The notes beneath the pieces are model-generated. The model did not search any database. It had not been told where the DNA came from and worked only from the letters and a program-made list of their open reading frames with translations. Below, one piece after another: positions 11,217-22,158 of a stretch of DNA of 64,000 nt. Each line of letters starts with the position of its first letter. Within the stretch, counting starts at the first letter, position 1. The DNA is taken from the NCBI GenBank assembly GCA_000002435.2, contig CM018792.1; one strand, given 5' to 3'. The translations under genes were made by a program, and so were the position numbers. This stretch comes from Giardia intestinalis. Lineage: Eukaryota.

Positions 11217-11406
11217 GCCTACTGGATCTGCTTCCCAGCACGCCGGCACGCGATGTGCGCTCAGCGAGCTTGGTACTTGTTAGCGGGTGTTAGTACGGGG
11301 GAAACATACGCCTGTCGCTCTTGGTTTTATAACGATGTTAAATAGCAATTTAAAATTGATGGAATTTTTTATCTCATCCGAAGGACCCCAACCTGGCGGC
11401 CAGTAG

Positions 11407-12501
11407 ATGGTGCTAGACAGGGCCTCTGATATTGTCACAGCCGCGACGACGTCCAACGATGCGCTCCTTAGTAAGCTTTCGGCGCTCAGAGCAGGCTACC
11501 TAGTGGATCCTGCACTTCGGGCAATCTATACCAAGCCCTCCCTTCCTCGTAAAGACCCGATGATAAATAGGGGCACGTGGTTTCGGTTCACTTACATCGA
11601 GCAGATGGCAGTGGCTTTTGCGGCTAAGTATGCTGGAAACTGTGCAATTGTTAGTCTTGGAGCCGGTCTCGACACTCTTTACTGGCGTTTACAGCTCATC
11701 GCACAACAAGAAAGGAGCGAAGGGAAGCAAAGTTATTTCCATGTCAAGCACTGGATTGAACTGGACCTGCCATCAATTACAGAACTCAAAGCAAAGAAGT
11801 TTGACCTTATGCACGGGGAAACTATTGACATGCCTATGTCTGAGGACTGTGCTGTCCGGCCATTTCAGGAGGGCCAGGTAATTCTGTATCGTCCCAAAAG
11901 GGAGCATGCCGAAACTACCCCAGAGGCACTGCGCGTCGATCTGCCGGGCTATCAGCTTTATGCGGCCAATCTGGAAATGCGTAAGACATGGATGCCGCTG
12001 GTGCGAAAGATTGTAGCAGACGAAAAAGGGGATACGACGCTGCCCGTGCTCTTCTTGTCTGAGGTGTGCTTGTCGTACTTAGACGCCGACTCGACCGTAG
12101 GCATCATACGGGACCTTCCAACCTATTTCAACAATTTTGGGCTTGTCTGCTTTGAGATGGTCAACCCTTCAGACTCATTTGGGGAGATGATGCAGATCAA
12201 CATGGCAGAGCGTCAAGTCGTTATGCCCTCATTTGTGGAGCTGGGCTTTACGGCTCAGTATCGTAAGCTCTTCCAGCTGAGCGGCTATGAAGCCTCGTAT
12301 GCTAAAGAGGCGGGGGATGTGTATCGCAGCTTTTGGCCAGCTAGACGCCGCGAGATAGAACAGCTCGAGCTCTTTGATGAGTTTGAGCAATGGAATCTGA
12401 TTATGGGGCACTACGCATGTATAATGGGGTGGACCGGCATCGAGAATCTCGAGGAGATGCTGGCGTCTGTTGGGCAAAGCGCAGATTCCCCCGACAAGTA
12501 A
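11407..12501 (+). CDS. Leucine carboxyl methyltransferase (LCMT/PPM1-like, PP2A methyltransferase)
   Basis: 364 aa. The N-terminal [12 protein letters not shown]...[19 protein letters not shown] resembles the LCMT block (...INRGYYAR...). The SAM-MTase-like segment [14 protein letters not shown] follows. Confidence 0.65.
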   Translation: MVLDRASDIVTAATTSNDALLSKLSALRAGYLVDPALRAIYTKPSLPRKDPMINRGTWFRFTYIEQMAVAFAAKYAGNCAIVSLGAGLDTLYWRLQLIAQQERSEGKQSYFHVKHWIELDLPSITELKAKKFDLMHGETIDMPMSEDCAVRPFQEGQVILYRPKREHAETTPEALRVDLPGYQLYAANLEMRKTWMPLVRKIVADEKGDTTLPVLFLSEVCLSYLDADSTVGIIRDLPTYFNNFGLVCFEMVNPSDSFGEMMQINMAERQVVMPSFVELGFTAQYRKLFQLSGYEASYAKEAGDVYRSFWPARRREIEQLELFDEFEQWNLIMGHYACIMGWTGIENLEEMLASVGQSADSPDK

Positions 12502-13870
12502 ATATTCACTAGCGAGAATTTACGTTTATTGCATGGTCAGTTGTGTCGACAAGATCTTCTGCACCGCGTGTTGCAAGGCTCGGATTCGAGGATGTACAGT
12601 TTGTGCACAGAAATTCCTTGCGTATCTAATTTTTGGTCTTATACTTGCAGCTAATTTGGCGGGTGTAGTTGAGATATCAATTCTCTGGAAGCGGCCAGAG
12701 GTGGTTATACCCTTCCTTGTTGTGATTGGATACGCTTTGATCGTTGTCTCTGTACACTTCTGTTTCGCTGTGTGGCTTGACCCGGGATTCACAACACCTT
12801 CGTATGGAGGTATTCGGCGCAAGTGCTTGATCTGCGATAAAGCCAAGCCGATACGCGCACACCACTGTAAAATATGCAATCGATGCGTCCTTAAGTACGA
12901 TCACCATTGTCCTTGGATTGGGAACTGCGTTGGTCTCAATAACTACGGACACTTCTGGTGCTTTCTGCTCTGGGCCATCATTACGCAATGTCTTTGTATA
13001 CTCTATAACGTCCTGGGAACGGTCTTTGTTTTTCAGCTTCTTGTCGCCTATCTACCGATTGTTTCTATTGTTGTGGCTGCAATTGTAATCGCTGGTATAT
13101 CGATTCTCTTCAACATGCACGTCATTATGATACGCAACAACATGACCACTATCGAGTACTTCAAATGGAAGGATTCCAAAGCAAGTCTGCAGCACTATAC
13201 GAATCACTATACTCTCGGTTCTTCAGGAGCTAATATTGCACAGGTCATATCACCTATTTGGGCAATAGGGGTTCCGTGGCGCATTCGACCAAGGCACTCT
13301 GGATTGTGGACATACTGTTACGATCAAAATGTTGAGCTGGCTGTGCCAAAGGTAGAGACCAATCACTCTATTGAAGTTATGCACACACCTCAGCTATTTA
13401 CAAAGCAACTAGACGCCAATCCAACTGTACAGTTGGAGCCCACCGTTACAGCATCGATCACTCATAACGCGATGCCTAGTAATGCTAGAACATACCCCCA
13501 GCCTGTGAACGCACGCAAAAGACGGCATGAGCCTCCTAGAACATCGGTGCGGTTAGATGTTATGGGGCCATACACCATAGGGTCACTAAACTACCCGAGT
13601 TCTACCATAAACAATCCTACTACTCTCTCCCTTTATGCGTCTAGACCAAGAACCTCTGAATCAATTATTACAGCATCGTCAAGACCATCGTCAGCGGCAC
13701 CAAGTCGTGTAACTACTCCGCCGGTCATTCAAATGGACCCCATGGCCTACCACAGTAATAGCTTTTCTTCTCCTTCAAGAGTGGTCGCTTTTTCTCCTTC
13801 CAAAAGCCCAACCACTCAACCTAGATCACCGAACATATTCGATAGAATTGTCCAGGGTCTGGAAAATTGA
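12470..13870 (+). CDS. DHHC-type palmitoyltransferase (multi-pass membrane protein)
   Basis: DHHC-CRD motif [45 protein letters not shown] flanked by hydrophobic TM helices. The annotated start overlaps the LCMT 3' end by 32 nt. An alternative start is Met at ~12533. Confidence 0.85.
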   Translation: MGKAQIPPTSKYSLARIYVYCMVSCVDKIFCTACCKARIRGCTVCAQKFLAYLIFGLILAANLAGVVEISILWKRPEVVIPFLVVIGYALIVVSVHFCFAVWLDPGFTTPSYGGIRRKCLICDKAKPIRAHHCKICNRCVLKYDHHCPWIGNCVGLNNYGHFWCFLLWAIITQCLCILYNVLGTVFVFQLLVAYLPIVSIVVAAIVIAGISILFNMHVIMIRNNMTTIEYFKWKDSKASLQHYTNHYTLGSSGANIAQVISPIWAIGVPWRIRPRHSGLWTYCYDQNVELAVPKVETNHSIEVMHTPQLFTKQLDANPTVQLEPTVTASITHNAMPSNARTYPQPVNARKRRHEPPRTSVRLDVMGPYTIGSLNYPSSTINNPTTLSLYASRPRTSESIITASSRPSSAAPSRVTTPPVIQMDPMAYHSNSFSSPSRVVAFSPSKSPTTQPRSPNIFDRIVQGLEN

Positions 13871-14816
13871 CCATCGTTTCATCTGCTCGTTAGATCATCA
13901 AACTGGTGATATCGACTTAAATACCAAACATTTAGAAGTTCCAATGCTATTCTACTTTCTTATACTCTCAATACTTTCAGTGATTGAATTTCAACCGAGT
14001 GATGTGGGCATGGAGTATTCGCGTGTCAGCGAAGCAGAAATAACGATTATTCTAGGCATTAGTACCTTACGTGAGCAGCAAGGCATTATTATCAGAAATG
14101 AAAACTTAATGGGAAGCAATGGGGTTCGATATCCAATAGAGTTATTAATCACAGTGGAGCCCGTCTCAGTGATTGATATTCTTGTTAGTGAAATAAGCCC
14201 CTTCATACCCTCAAGAATTATTCAAGTAGAGGATATGCTATGTGGCTCTACTACACTGAACAATCCGTGCATGGGGAAAAAAACCCTATGCTGTGTGGAC
14301 CTGTACAAGGGGGTGAACTACTTTAGATGCTATGCTTCTGCTGACGTACGCTATAGAAGATATGAATGGGGTGATATCTCCTCAATTGTTGGCTTTAATA
14401 TTCATGTGAAAGGCATAACAGAGCAAGCTGAATATAAGCTTTTCAATCCTGACTACAATCTTATAACACAGATTGATAATCTAAGATTGCATTTTTCCTT
14501 CCGCGCTGACAACTCTGTGGAAGGGGTGCTCTCTTCCCTTCAGAAACACACCATAATTCAAACTTCTGACTCGGAATCAATCGATAGCTTGCGTGTCCTA
14601 TTTGCAGGAGACTTACTCATATCCACCGAAGATGAATGGGCCAGTCAGTCTTCATGCTACATAGAGGCTGACGAGGAATTCAATCTTGCTCGCGACACAA
14701 TTGGATTGTCTCAAATCGTGGGGAGCGAATATAGTGGGTTCTTATCAGATAACATAATCCACCTTGTAGGGAATTTAGACATGATCTTTTATCTCACTAT
14801 TTCAGCTAGTAAATAA
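13848..14816 (+). CDS. hypothetical protein (322 aa)
   Basis: Uninterrupted ORF with no recognisable domain. Start is uncertain and overlaps the DHHC 3' end. Alternative Mets are at ~13941 and ~14010. Confidence 0.4.
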   Translation: MSRVWKIDHRFICSLDHQTGDIDLNTKHLEVPMLFYFLILSILSVIEFQPSDVGMEYSRVSEAEITIILGISTLREQQGIIIRNENLMGSNGVRYPIELLITVEPVSVIDILVSEISPFIPSRIIQVEDMLCGSTTLNNPCMGKKTLCCVDLYKGVNYFRCYASADVRYRRYEWGDISSIVGFNIHVKGITEQAEYKLFNPDYNLITQIDNLRLHFSFRADNSVEGVLSSLQKHTIIQTSDSESIDSLRVLFAGDLLISTEDEWASQSSCYIEADEEFNLARDTIGLSQIVGSEYSGFLSDNIIHLVGNLDMIFYLTISASK

Positions 14817-14824
14817 AGTCCATG

Positions 14825-15772
14825 CTACTCCTGTTCTGGTTCGGCAGAGAGCGCCTGTATCTTTGCATCTATATCAGCAATTAGATCCTCGGCCACATTT
14901 TCTTCCAGATAGATATCCTTTACCTGAAGAAGGGCCTCCTTCGCGTCTTCATATTCTCCTGCCAAGTTATAGCACCATGCCAGGTCATGAAGTGCAACGG
15001 CATCTTTAGGGTTCTGTGCAAGTACTAGATCGCAGCACATGGCACCCTGTTCGTACATTCCCACTCCGGCGCATATCCGCGAGAGGGCCAGAAGAAACTG
15101 CTGTGTTGGCTGATTTTCATCTGAATGAACGGTGATCTCTTCCGAACCGTCCTCCGCCTGCTCAATTTTGTAGAATCCACGCTGCTCCATTAGTTCAAGA
15201 GCACACAAGGCTGCTTTTTCAGCCAGGTCGAATGATTCTGCTACAAGGTGCGCCCCAGCAAGACTTATATGAGGCTCAATAAAAGATGGGTTCATGCTGA
15301 TTGCTTCCTTTGCTGTCCTGATCGCGGCCTTAGTGTCTGGCGGGTCAAGACGAGTTAGATACGCATCCGCAAGTGTTGCCAGAGCTAATATTAGCGAGGT
15401 ACGAGACTCTTCTGTACTTGTGTGCTTTCTAAAGATACCTATTGCCGAATTCAGATTAGATGGATCACCTGTGATCTCATAGAGGGTCATGTATCGGACC
15501 CCAGCGGCATGAGTTAGGTGATCGTACCCAAGCGCCTTGGCATAGCAACTAGTTGCTTTCTGAAAATCTCCAGCAACGCTGAAAATTTCGCCAAGCGAGT
15601 CAAGCACAGATGGCTGATTGCAAAGGGGAAGCGCACGCTCTGCAATAGTAAGAGCTTTAGCAAAATTTCCCGCTTCCAGTTTTGCGTATGCTTGAGTAAT
15701 CAGTTCACTCACAGCCCCCTGTGGTGGTTGTGGCTTGCGTTTCACTGTATTATGCTGTCGAGCCTTGCCCAT
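14825..15772 (-). CDS. TPR-repeat protein
   Basis: 315 aa with repeated 34-aa TPR-like helices (AxxYxxLG...A..A, e.g. ALSRICAGVGMYEQGAMCCDLVLAQNPKDAVALHDLAWCYNLAGEYEDA). Confidence 0.6.
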   Translation of the reverse strand: MGKARQHNTVKRKPQPPQGAVSELITQAYAKLEAGNFAKALTIAERALPLCNQPSVLDSLGEIFSVAGDFQKATSCYAKALGYDHLTHAAGVRYMTLYEITGDPSNLNSAIGIFRKHTSTEESRTSLILALATLADAYLTRLDPPDTKAAIRTAKEAISMNPSFIEPHISLAGAHLVAESFDLAEKAALCALELMEQRGFYKIEQAEDGSEEITVHSDENQPTQQFLLALSRICAGVGMYEQGAMCCDLVLAQNPKDAVALHDLAWCYNLAGEYEDAKEALLQVKDIYLEENVAEDLIADIDAKIQALSAEPEQE

Positions 15773-17465
15773 GGTTCAATTATTTGAATTTAATCAAAGC
15801 GTCACCAAAATATGATGTGAGACCCAGCTGTGCCGAACACACAAAGCCAACATATCATCCTATCATAAATAGATTCTGACATATCGCTAGGTGGGCATCG
15901 TTCTTGAATATATCGTTTCAAGCATTTTAAGGTACTGTTTTTAGTGGACAGAACAACACGTATACCTCTTTTAGGTCAACAGTGACTTTACAATGCTCAC
16001 CATATCGACCATTGTTCAGTACTTAAAAAGCCGACGCACCCTTCTCTGCTATCGTGCAGCTGAGGATCACATCGGGATACAGCTCTTGTTCTAAGGAAGA
16101 GCCGGGCTGCACTTGTCCTGTATACTTGCGCAGCACAGAGAGCCTTGCAAGTCGTGGTGCTGGACCATGTAGTGCGCTGTTTTGCTTTCTTGCATGGACT
16201 GCGGGGCTTATGCAAGAAAGTTGATGGCAGGAAACGTGTACACACTGGCGCTTATATCGTTCCGCTTGATACAAGGCAGCAAGGACGCGTTTTTGTACAC
16301 ACAGTCTAGGATTAATGGCTAAGTACCTTCACACATTGCGTGCCCTGATTTCTGCTTGCTATGGGCCTGTCTGAGCTCTACAACCCTCTGAAGAGAGAGC
16401 TAATCTACCTAACGTTAGCCAAGGCCGCATTCTGACGCTGATAAGCTGGCCACTGACTCACCAATCAACAGCACATGCCACCTTGCACTTCTACCCATAG
16501 AAGCTGCATCTCGGTGTTCTGCTTAACCATAATGTACGGCCTCTCTGCAAGACACGCGTTCCCTGTCTCGGCGCAGCCATAGTAGGATCTGTGGTCAAAT
16601 GCGTAGAAGAACGTACCCAAAAGGTATCGTCTCGGCTCTCCATCTACTGTGATGCGTACTAGCATATGCCAAGTAACTAGTTCATGCGTATCTGTAAGAG
16701 TCTTCAGATACCGCGTAGATATGCGCAGAAGTACTTAACCCTGCCCGTACAGCGCGGCCCCTAGATCACAGATCTTTGCAAACAACCTGGACCGCTATCA
16801 CATGTGCTTCTCCGAGCAAGAAGGCAGTACCTCGGGCTCGCCTAAAAGTACCGCTATGGATCAGCAATCCTTTAAGGAGTGTCTCGCTAGCATCACACGT
16901 GCCTATTGATGGGTGGTTTGTACATCCGTGATATGGCTGTTCTTGTACCTCCAATTACTTCGAGAAAGAACCAGGGAGCGCTCCTTGCGGATTACAGCCG
17001 TGCCACATCAAGCATGCGGCCGCACACCCTTCCAACGTGAGTGACGCACACCGCTGAGACCCATGCACGTTGCTCCGCGGTGTTGCATTGGCACGCAAGT
17101 AGGCTATTCTGAAGACTGCAAACTGTTTCAAGCACCCTGTTACTCCATTCCATATCTTGCAGACGCGCCACAGCGGACGCTTTCACAGATGCCTATAGCA
17201 GAGGAGCTCCTTCGAAGCAAGGGTTGCCTGAAGGTCTTTCTTTATATTGAGGTGACTTGCTAGCCAGCTGGTATAGGCGTCGAAGGAGCCCCATACCTCG
17301 CCTCGGCGATATACCCACCTGCGCACTCGCCGCCCTTCAAGCCTGCCTGCGCTCCCAACGAACTCGGCGAAGGTGGGCAGCAGGCGCGCTGGGAAAGTTC
17401 GGCACCCCGTGTTCCCACGACGTCTCCGATCGCAGTACTGGCGGGGCCTGACGGCGCTTCTCTTC

Positions 17466-17499
17466 TTAATTCGGAACGAGTTAATTCGGAACGAGTTAA
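17466..17499. repeat. Direct tandem duplication of a 15-bp unit (TTAATTCGGAACGAG x2 plus partial)
   Basis: Seen directly. The sequence ttaattcggaacgag ttaattcggaacgag ttaa lies inside the 4.3-kb ORF-poor region. Confidence 0.9.
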
Positions 17500-20153
17500 G
17501 GAGTTTCCGCCGTAGGATGGCCGAACTGGCGGCCGGTGGGGCTGTGCAATGCACAAAAGACTTGAGCTTGTAAATCTAGCTTGTTACAATTGGTTTATCG
17601 CCGGGGCTGTGTACAAGGGCCGAATGATCGAAATGGGATAAGCGGAGCGGTCTCTTGTCGATGAAGGAGATAGTGCCCGAGGCAGTGCTGGAGTCGTTCT
17701 CGAGGGCAAACATCTGGACACAGCCGCCAACATGCGACCCCTGCCAACCAGCACACGGAATTTGGTCGATAAGCTGACTGGGCAGCATGCATCTAGGGGA
17801 TTAGCGTTTACCAAAGGACCACATGCAGCCTCTTGAATAGATGAGATGTCGCGTTTGGGTCGAAGGCAGTTGGGCAGCTTCTAGCCCCCAGAGTGCTAAC
17901 CAGTGCCCTGTAAGCTGTCTTGCTAGCACTTGCCTTTCTGCACCCACTGATTGCGGTGTGTCGAACGGATAGCTTCTAGAAGGTAATGCCAGATTCAGGA
18001 GGGATCACCGCGGAGCCCTTCTGCACATGCTTAGTCAATTAAGGGGTACTACTACGATGTGTATCACATGCTATAGCCAGTTACGCCAGCATGGGAGGCT
18101 AGCCATGTCTGGGAAGTAGTAGCTAGTGACACGGTCGACTGCCGGCCATGAGAGCTCCGCGGGGCTGTTCTACTGCGGCTCCATCCTTACACAGAAGGTG
18201 CTGCTATGGGCTAGGATGCGCTGCAGTCCATCAAAGCTTGATGGCGAGAGTCTCGATGAAGACAGAGACATGCGTGTTCTAAGAGCTGGTCCTGCTTCTA
18301 TTGGTACCTTATCATGCGCTGCTCTCCGTGAAGCAATAGGACTGCATGCCGGGAGCTTCATTTATATATACACATAACAAAGCAGGAGCGAGTCGTTCTC
18401 TTGGCTGCTGATCAATGACCCCTCTGTAGCCTACGTCGATCCGGTGGCGAGCCGGCTATTGAAGCTTCCTGTGTCCAATACTAATACTGCCTACGACGGG
18501 CGCCATACTAGCCAAGAATTTGGATAAACAATACCACGATTCATGGGTACGGAGAGTGGCTAGATCGCGTGACTATGCCTTCCAGTTCTCTACTCACCGC
18601 TGGCTGCGCACCAGCTATCTTGGATGCCACAAGAAAAGAGATCAAGCGTTATGCTCTCATTACAAGTATCTCTACGTGGCTCAACAGAATACCTGCCCCG
18701 GCACTGTATGCGTTCTAAGGGCCTCTTACTCAACGAGCAGGGCACAGACCCTGCGGTGCTACATCCAGACACAGGAAGGGTGGAGGCTGACTGCTAGAGA
18801 CAGTACGGGCCTGCACTGTCTGTCAGGCCAGTCGGATCCTCATGCGCTCTCCGGCCCCTCTGCTGGGCGCTGAGTCCTTGCTAACCTTAGTTACACACCG
18901 TCCGCGGAAGCACATGCGGCAGACCTCGCGGACATGCAGGTGTGCTCCGAAGTCTAGTAACCTGGGCACAGGATGCTGTGGCCATCTGGTTAGTATTACA
19001 GCTTCATCCTGGGCGCGTACAGGTGACCCAGATTGGCACGGGACGTACGGGAAACCGGTGGAAGCCATCTGGTGGCGGGATGCACCACAACCAGCCCCGT
19101 CACCCGATATAAGATACCTCCAGCTGGAAACAAAGTATTCTGTACTGATATGTGCTCGTTCAGAGGTGTGCCCTATTTATCACTTCCTGCTCGGGTAGTC
19201 GGGAGCTAGCTGTTTAGTGCATCTGCCTAAAGCTAAGTAAAGGCAATAGTGGGCACAACAGCCAAGAACGGCCAATCAGACAGCCACCGGACGCACCTCT
19301 TCGCTGTTATCATTGTCAAATCTGGAAGCAGCTGGTGCTTTATTGACACACTATGAGTGGCTGCCTGGTCCCAGCCTTCTCCCATGTTGCAGCACAATAC
19401 CCACACACCGCAAGGGGCGCATAAGTACTCGGTGCGTATGTTACAGGGCTTGTATGATCGTGGATGGCCGACATGAGGCTAATCTTTTTGCTTCAAGTAA
19501 CTTGGTTGGTGAAGGATATGGAGCTGTGGTCTTCAGGGATAGCCTCTGGTCCAGCATTGCGAGATCAGCCATAGATAAGCATGAGTATATCCAGTCACAC
19601 CACAGTGGAGCCCTTAGCCAAGGATGGCAAATGCTCAAGGCCCAACGTCCAAGAAAGATATACAAGTGATTGGTCCCTTTTTCTGAGAGCCCAGCATCCT
19701 CCCAGCAGGTCTGGAGGCCATGGTGCTCTTCATAAGGAAGGGTATAAGAGTCAGACGTAATTGCTGACTAGTCGCTGTTCTGAATGTGACTAGTAGGTAT
19801 GAGAGAATCAGGGTGGATCTAGTCAAGGAAGAGCGAGGAGATGCTATCAGAGGGAACGCAGGGAGACGTTAAACTGACGATCCTTAAGTGAGCGAGAGGC
19901 CGAGCTTAACACCACACAAACAGATAGAATCTTTGGAATGCACGTAGAAATGAGACAGCCTGTCTCTCCGGACGGGGATACAATGTGCTGGGATTGCAGC
20001 GATGGACTGCCATACAGGTTCCTCCGTCATGAAGGGCTACGGAGGAGCGCTGGTGTGGCGATTGACACTACTACTGGATGGAGTGCGCTGGAACATCCTA
20101 GAGAGGATCCTTGCGGGCTAATTGGCTGTTAAACATTCTTCTCCTGACGTCTC

Positions 20154-21356
20154 ATGTTACTGAGTGAAGCACACAAGCAACACGTGAATCGAGCACCAAT
20201 GTTACTACCAGCTCTCTGCTTTTTGATGAGCGGCCTCGCCGCGCAACGCACTAAACAACCCGCGCCCAGCTGCCAGGTCGACAACTGCGAGCAGTGTAAC
20301 GCCGACAATGTCCACTGCGACCGGTGCGTCCCCAGCGACGACACAAAGTGCGAGCGGTGCAACGAGGGCTTCACGGTCAGCGACGACAAGACGGTGTGCA
20401 ACCAGAGCCCTGCGCAGTGCAATACTCCCAACTGTAAGACCTGTGACAACCCCAAAACAGACAACGAAATCTGCACTAAATGTAATGATGGCGACTACCT
20501 CACCCCTACAAACCAATGCGTACCTGACTGCACAGCCATCAGCGGATACTACGGAGATACTGACAAGAAGTGTAAGGCATGCAACCCTGAGTGCGCTGAG
20601 TGCGTTGGACCGGCCAACAATCAGTGCACGGCCTGTCCTGTTGGGAAAATGCTTCAGTATACAGATACTAATACTCCTGTCAATGGGGGCACGTGCATGG
20701 ACCAGTGCAGCGTGAGTTCTACAAACGATGGATGCGCAGAGTGTGGGGCTCAGATAGGAGGAACTGCATATTGCTCAAAGTGCAAGAACACTCAACAAGC
20801 CCCCTTGAACGGCAACTGTGCGGCCAGTTCACGAGTAGCCTTCTGTGCAACAATCACAAGTGGGGCCTGTACAAAATGCAATGAGGGTTACTTCCTCAAG
20901 GACGGCGGCTGCTATCAGACAGATAGACAGCCTGGTAAGCAGGTGTGTAGTAATGCACAGGGAGGCAATGGTAAGTGTCAGACATGTGCCAATGGCTTAG
21001 CAGCAAGTGATGGCAACTGTGCAGAATGTCATTCTACTTGTGCTACGTGCTCGACTGCAGATGCGGCTGACAAGTGCAAGACCTGTGCCACTGGGTATTA
21101 CAAGGAAAACGGTGACGATACCACTGCTGGGTTATGCAAGAAGTGCTCAGAGAAGATCTCTGGATGCAAGCAATGTGTGTCGTCATCTGGCAGTTCAGTC
21201 ATATGCTTAGAATCAGAAGTAGGCACTGGTGGAAGCGTCAACAAGAGCGGCCTCAGCACGGGGGCCATAGCCGGTATCTCTGTTGCTGTGATTGTTATTG
21301 TAGGTGGTCTTGTCGGATTCCTTTGCTGGTGGTTCCTCTGCCGCGGGAAGGCGTAG
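20154..21356 (+). CDS. Variant-specific surface protein (VSP), short variant
   Basis: 400 aa with signal peptide (MLLPALCFLMSGLAA) and dense CxxC motifs. It has a GGCY motif (LKDGGCYQTD), a C-terminal TM helix and the invariant tail FLCWWFLCRGKA. The stop is followed by ACTTAGGTAGTAAAC, matching the VSP extended poly(A) signal ACTYAGRTAGTRAAY. An alternative start lies at Met16 (20199). Confidence 0.85.
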   Translation: MLLSEAHKQHVNRAPMLLPALCFLMSGLAAQRTKQPAPSCQVDNCEQCNADNVHCDRCVPSDDTKCERCNEGFTVSDDKTVCNQSPAQCNTPNCKTCDNPKTDNEICTKCNDGDYLTPTNQCVPDCTAISGYYGDTDKKCKACNPECAECVGPANNQCTACPVGKMLQYTDTNTPVNGGTCMDQCSVSSTNDGCAECGAQIGGTAYCSKCKNTQQAPLNGNCAASSRVAFCATITSGACTKCNEGYFLKDGGCYQTDRQPGKQVCSNAQGGNGKCQTCANGLAASDGNCAECHSTCATCSTADAADKCKTCATGYYKENGDDTTAGLCKKCSEKISGCKQCVSSSGSSVICLESEVGTGGSVNKSGLSTGAIAGISVAVIVIVGGLVGFLCWWFLCRGKA

Positions 21357-21368
21357 ACTTAGCTGTGT

Positions 21369-21383
21369 ACTTAGGTAGTAAAC
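21369..21383 (+). terminator. VSP-type extended polyadenylation signal (ACTTAGGTAGTAAAC)
   Basis: Exact match to the conserved Giardia VSP 3' motif ACTYAGRTAGTRAAY, 13 nt after the stop codon. The mirror copy lies at 42553-42567 on the minus strand. Confidence 0.75.
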
Positions 21384-21399
21384 GCGTTACTTTATGTAG

Positions 21400-22150
21400 C
21401 TCGTGTAGATGTGCTGCTGGAGCTATCTGAGCGCGATCCAGAGATCATGCGGGTAATCCTCGCTCTTTCCTGGCCGTCCGGAAACGATGGCTGGTCGTGG
21501 ATAATGTAACGAGGAGCTCCTCTCCAGTGATGCATCCAGAGCCCTGCGCGGTCCCCGGTCGGCCTCCAGGATCCGGCCTGCTTAGGGCCATACGAGCCGC
21601 GAGTGTGCCTCTCCTTGGCCTGCCGCCAGGATGAATGAAACTCAGGTCGTCCCTGCACTTCTTGACCTCCTCGCTGTGGTATCCATGCAGTTGCTGGATG
21701 ACACCCACGCCCACCGCCTTGCGTTTGTGTCGGGCTCTGCTCTGCTCTGGCCGCCGGGCTGGCCTGATCTCCAGCTTGCGTTGCACTCCCCGAGACACGG
21801 AGGCACAGGTACCGACGATTGCACTGGGCCCCTGGTCGTCCCTCTGCACCGGTGGAGAGGAGCCCCTGCTTGCTGTCTACAACCGCCCTCGGACTGGCCA
21901 AGAGTCGAACACGAGCTTATCCCGAGGCCTCCGAATGCACCGGAGACGGGCTCCGATGGCACAGCACTCGATGCGATTCTTCCTGCTTGCACCCTAACTG
22001 AGGCCTGTGCACTGAGAGGCCGGTGGCACCCACCCGCTGGGGGCAGGCCACGATCTGGTGGTCCGGAAGGCGCTTGCAAGGGGCTGGGCGTCAGTCCAGG
22101 GGATGATCCGGGCCCTAAGCATTCACTCTCTATGAGCTGCGGCCCGCCAG
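21400..22150 (-). mobile_element. Degenerate non-LTR (LINE-like) retrotransposon 3' fragment, arm copy
   Basis: GC-rich segment. Its minus-strand translation (ORF 21445-21849) aligns with the endonuclease region of the spacer LINE fragment. CASVSRGVQRKLEIR...VGVGVIQQLHGYHSEEVKKCRDD matches CLCLRVSGKFNAELEVK...VDVRVIQPRQMDAYYNEKVKKYRDG. Nucleotide similarity is also visible, e.g. cctgtgcctccgtgtctcggggagtgcaacgcaagctggagatcag versus cctgtgcctccgcgtctcggggaagttcaacgcagagctggaagtcaag. Confidence 0.5.
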
Positions 22151-22158
22151 CCGCAGAG

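Noticed and set aside
11049-11345. 98-aa plus-strand ORF
   Set aside because: It is antisense to the well-supported uS8/S15a gene and is spurious.
17798-17806. Single TAGGG-like match, a possible telomere repeat
   Set aside because: It is a single occurrence with no tandem array, so it is not telomeric.
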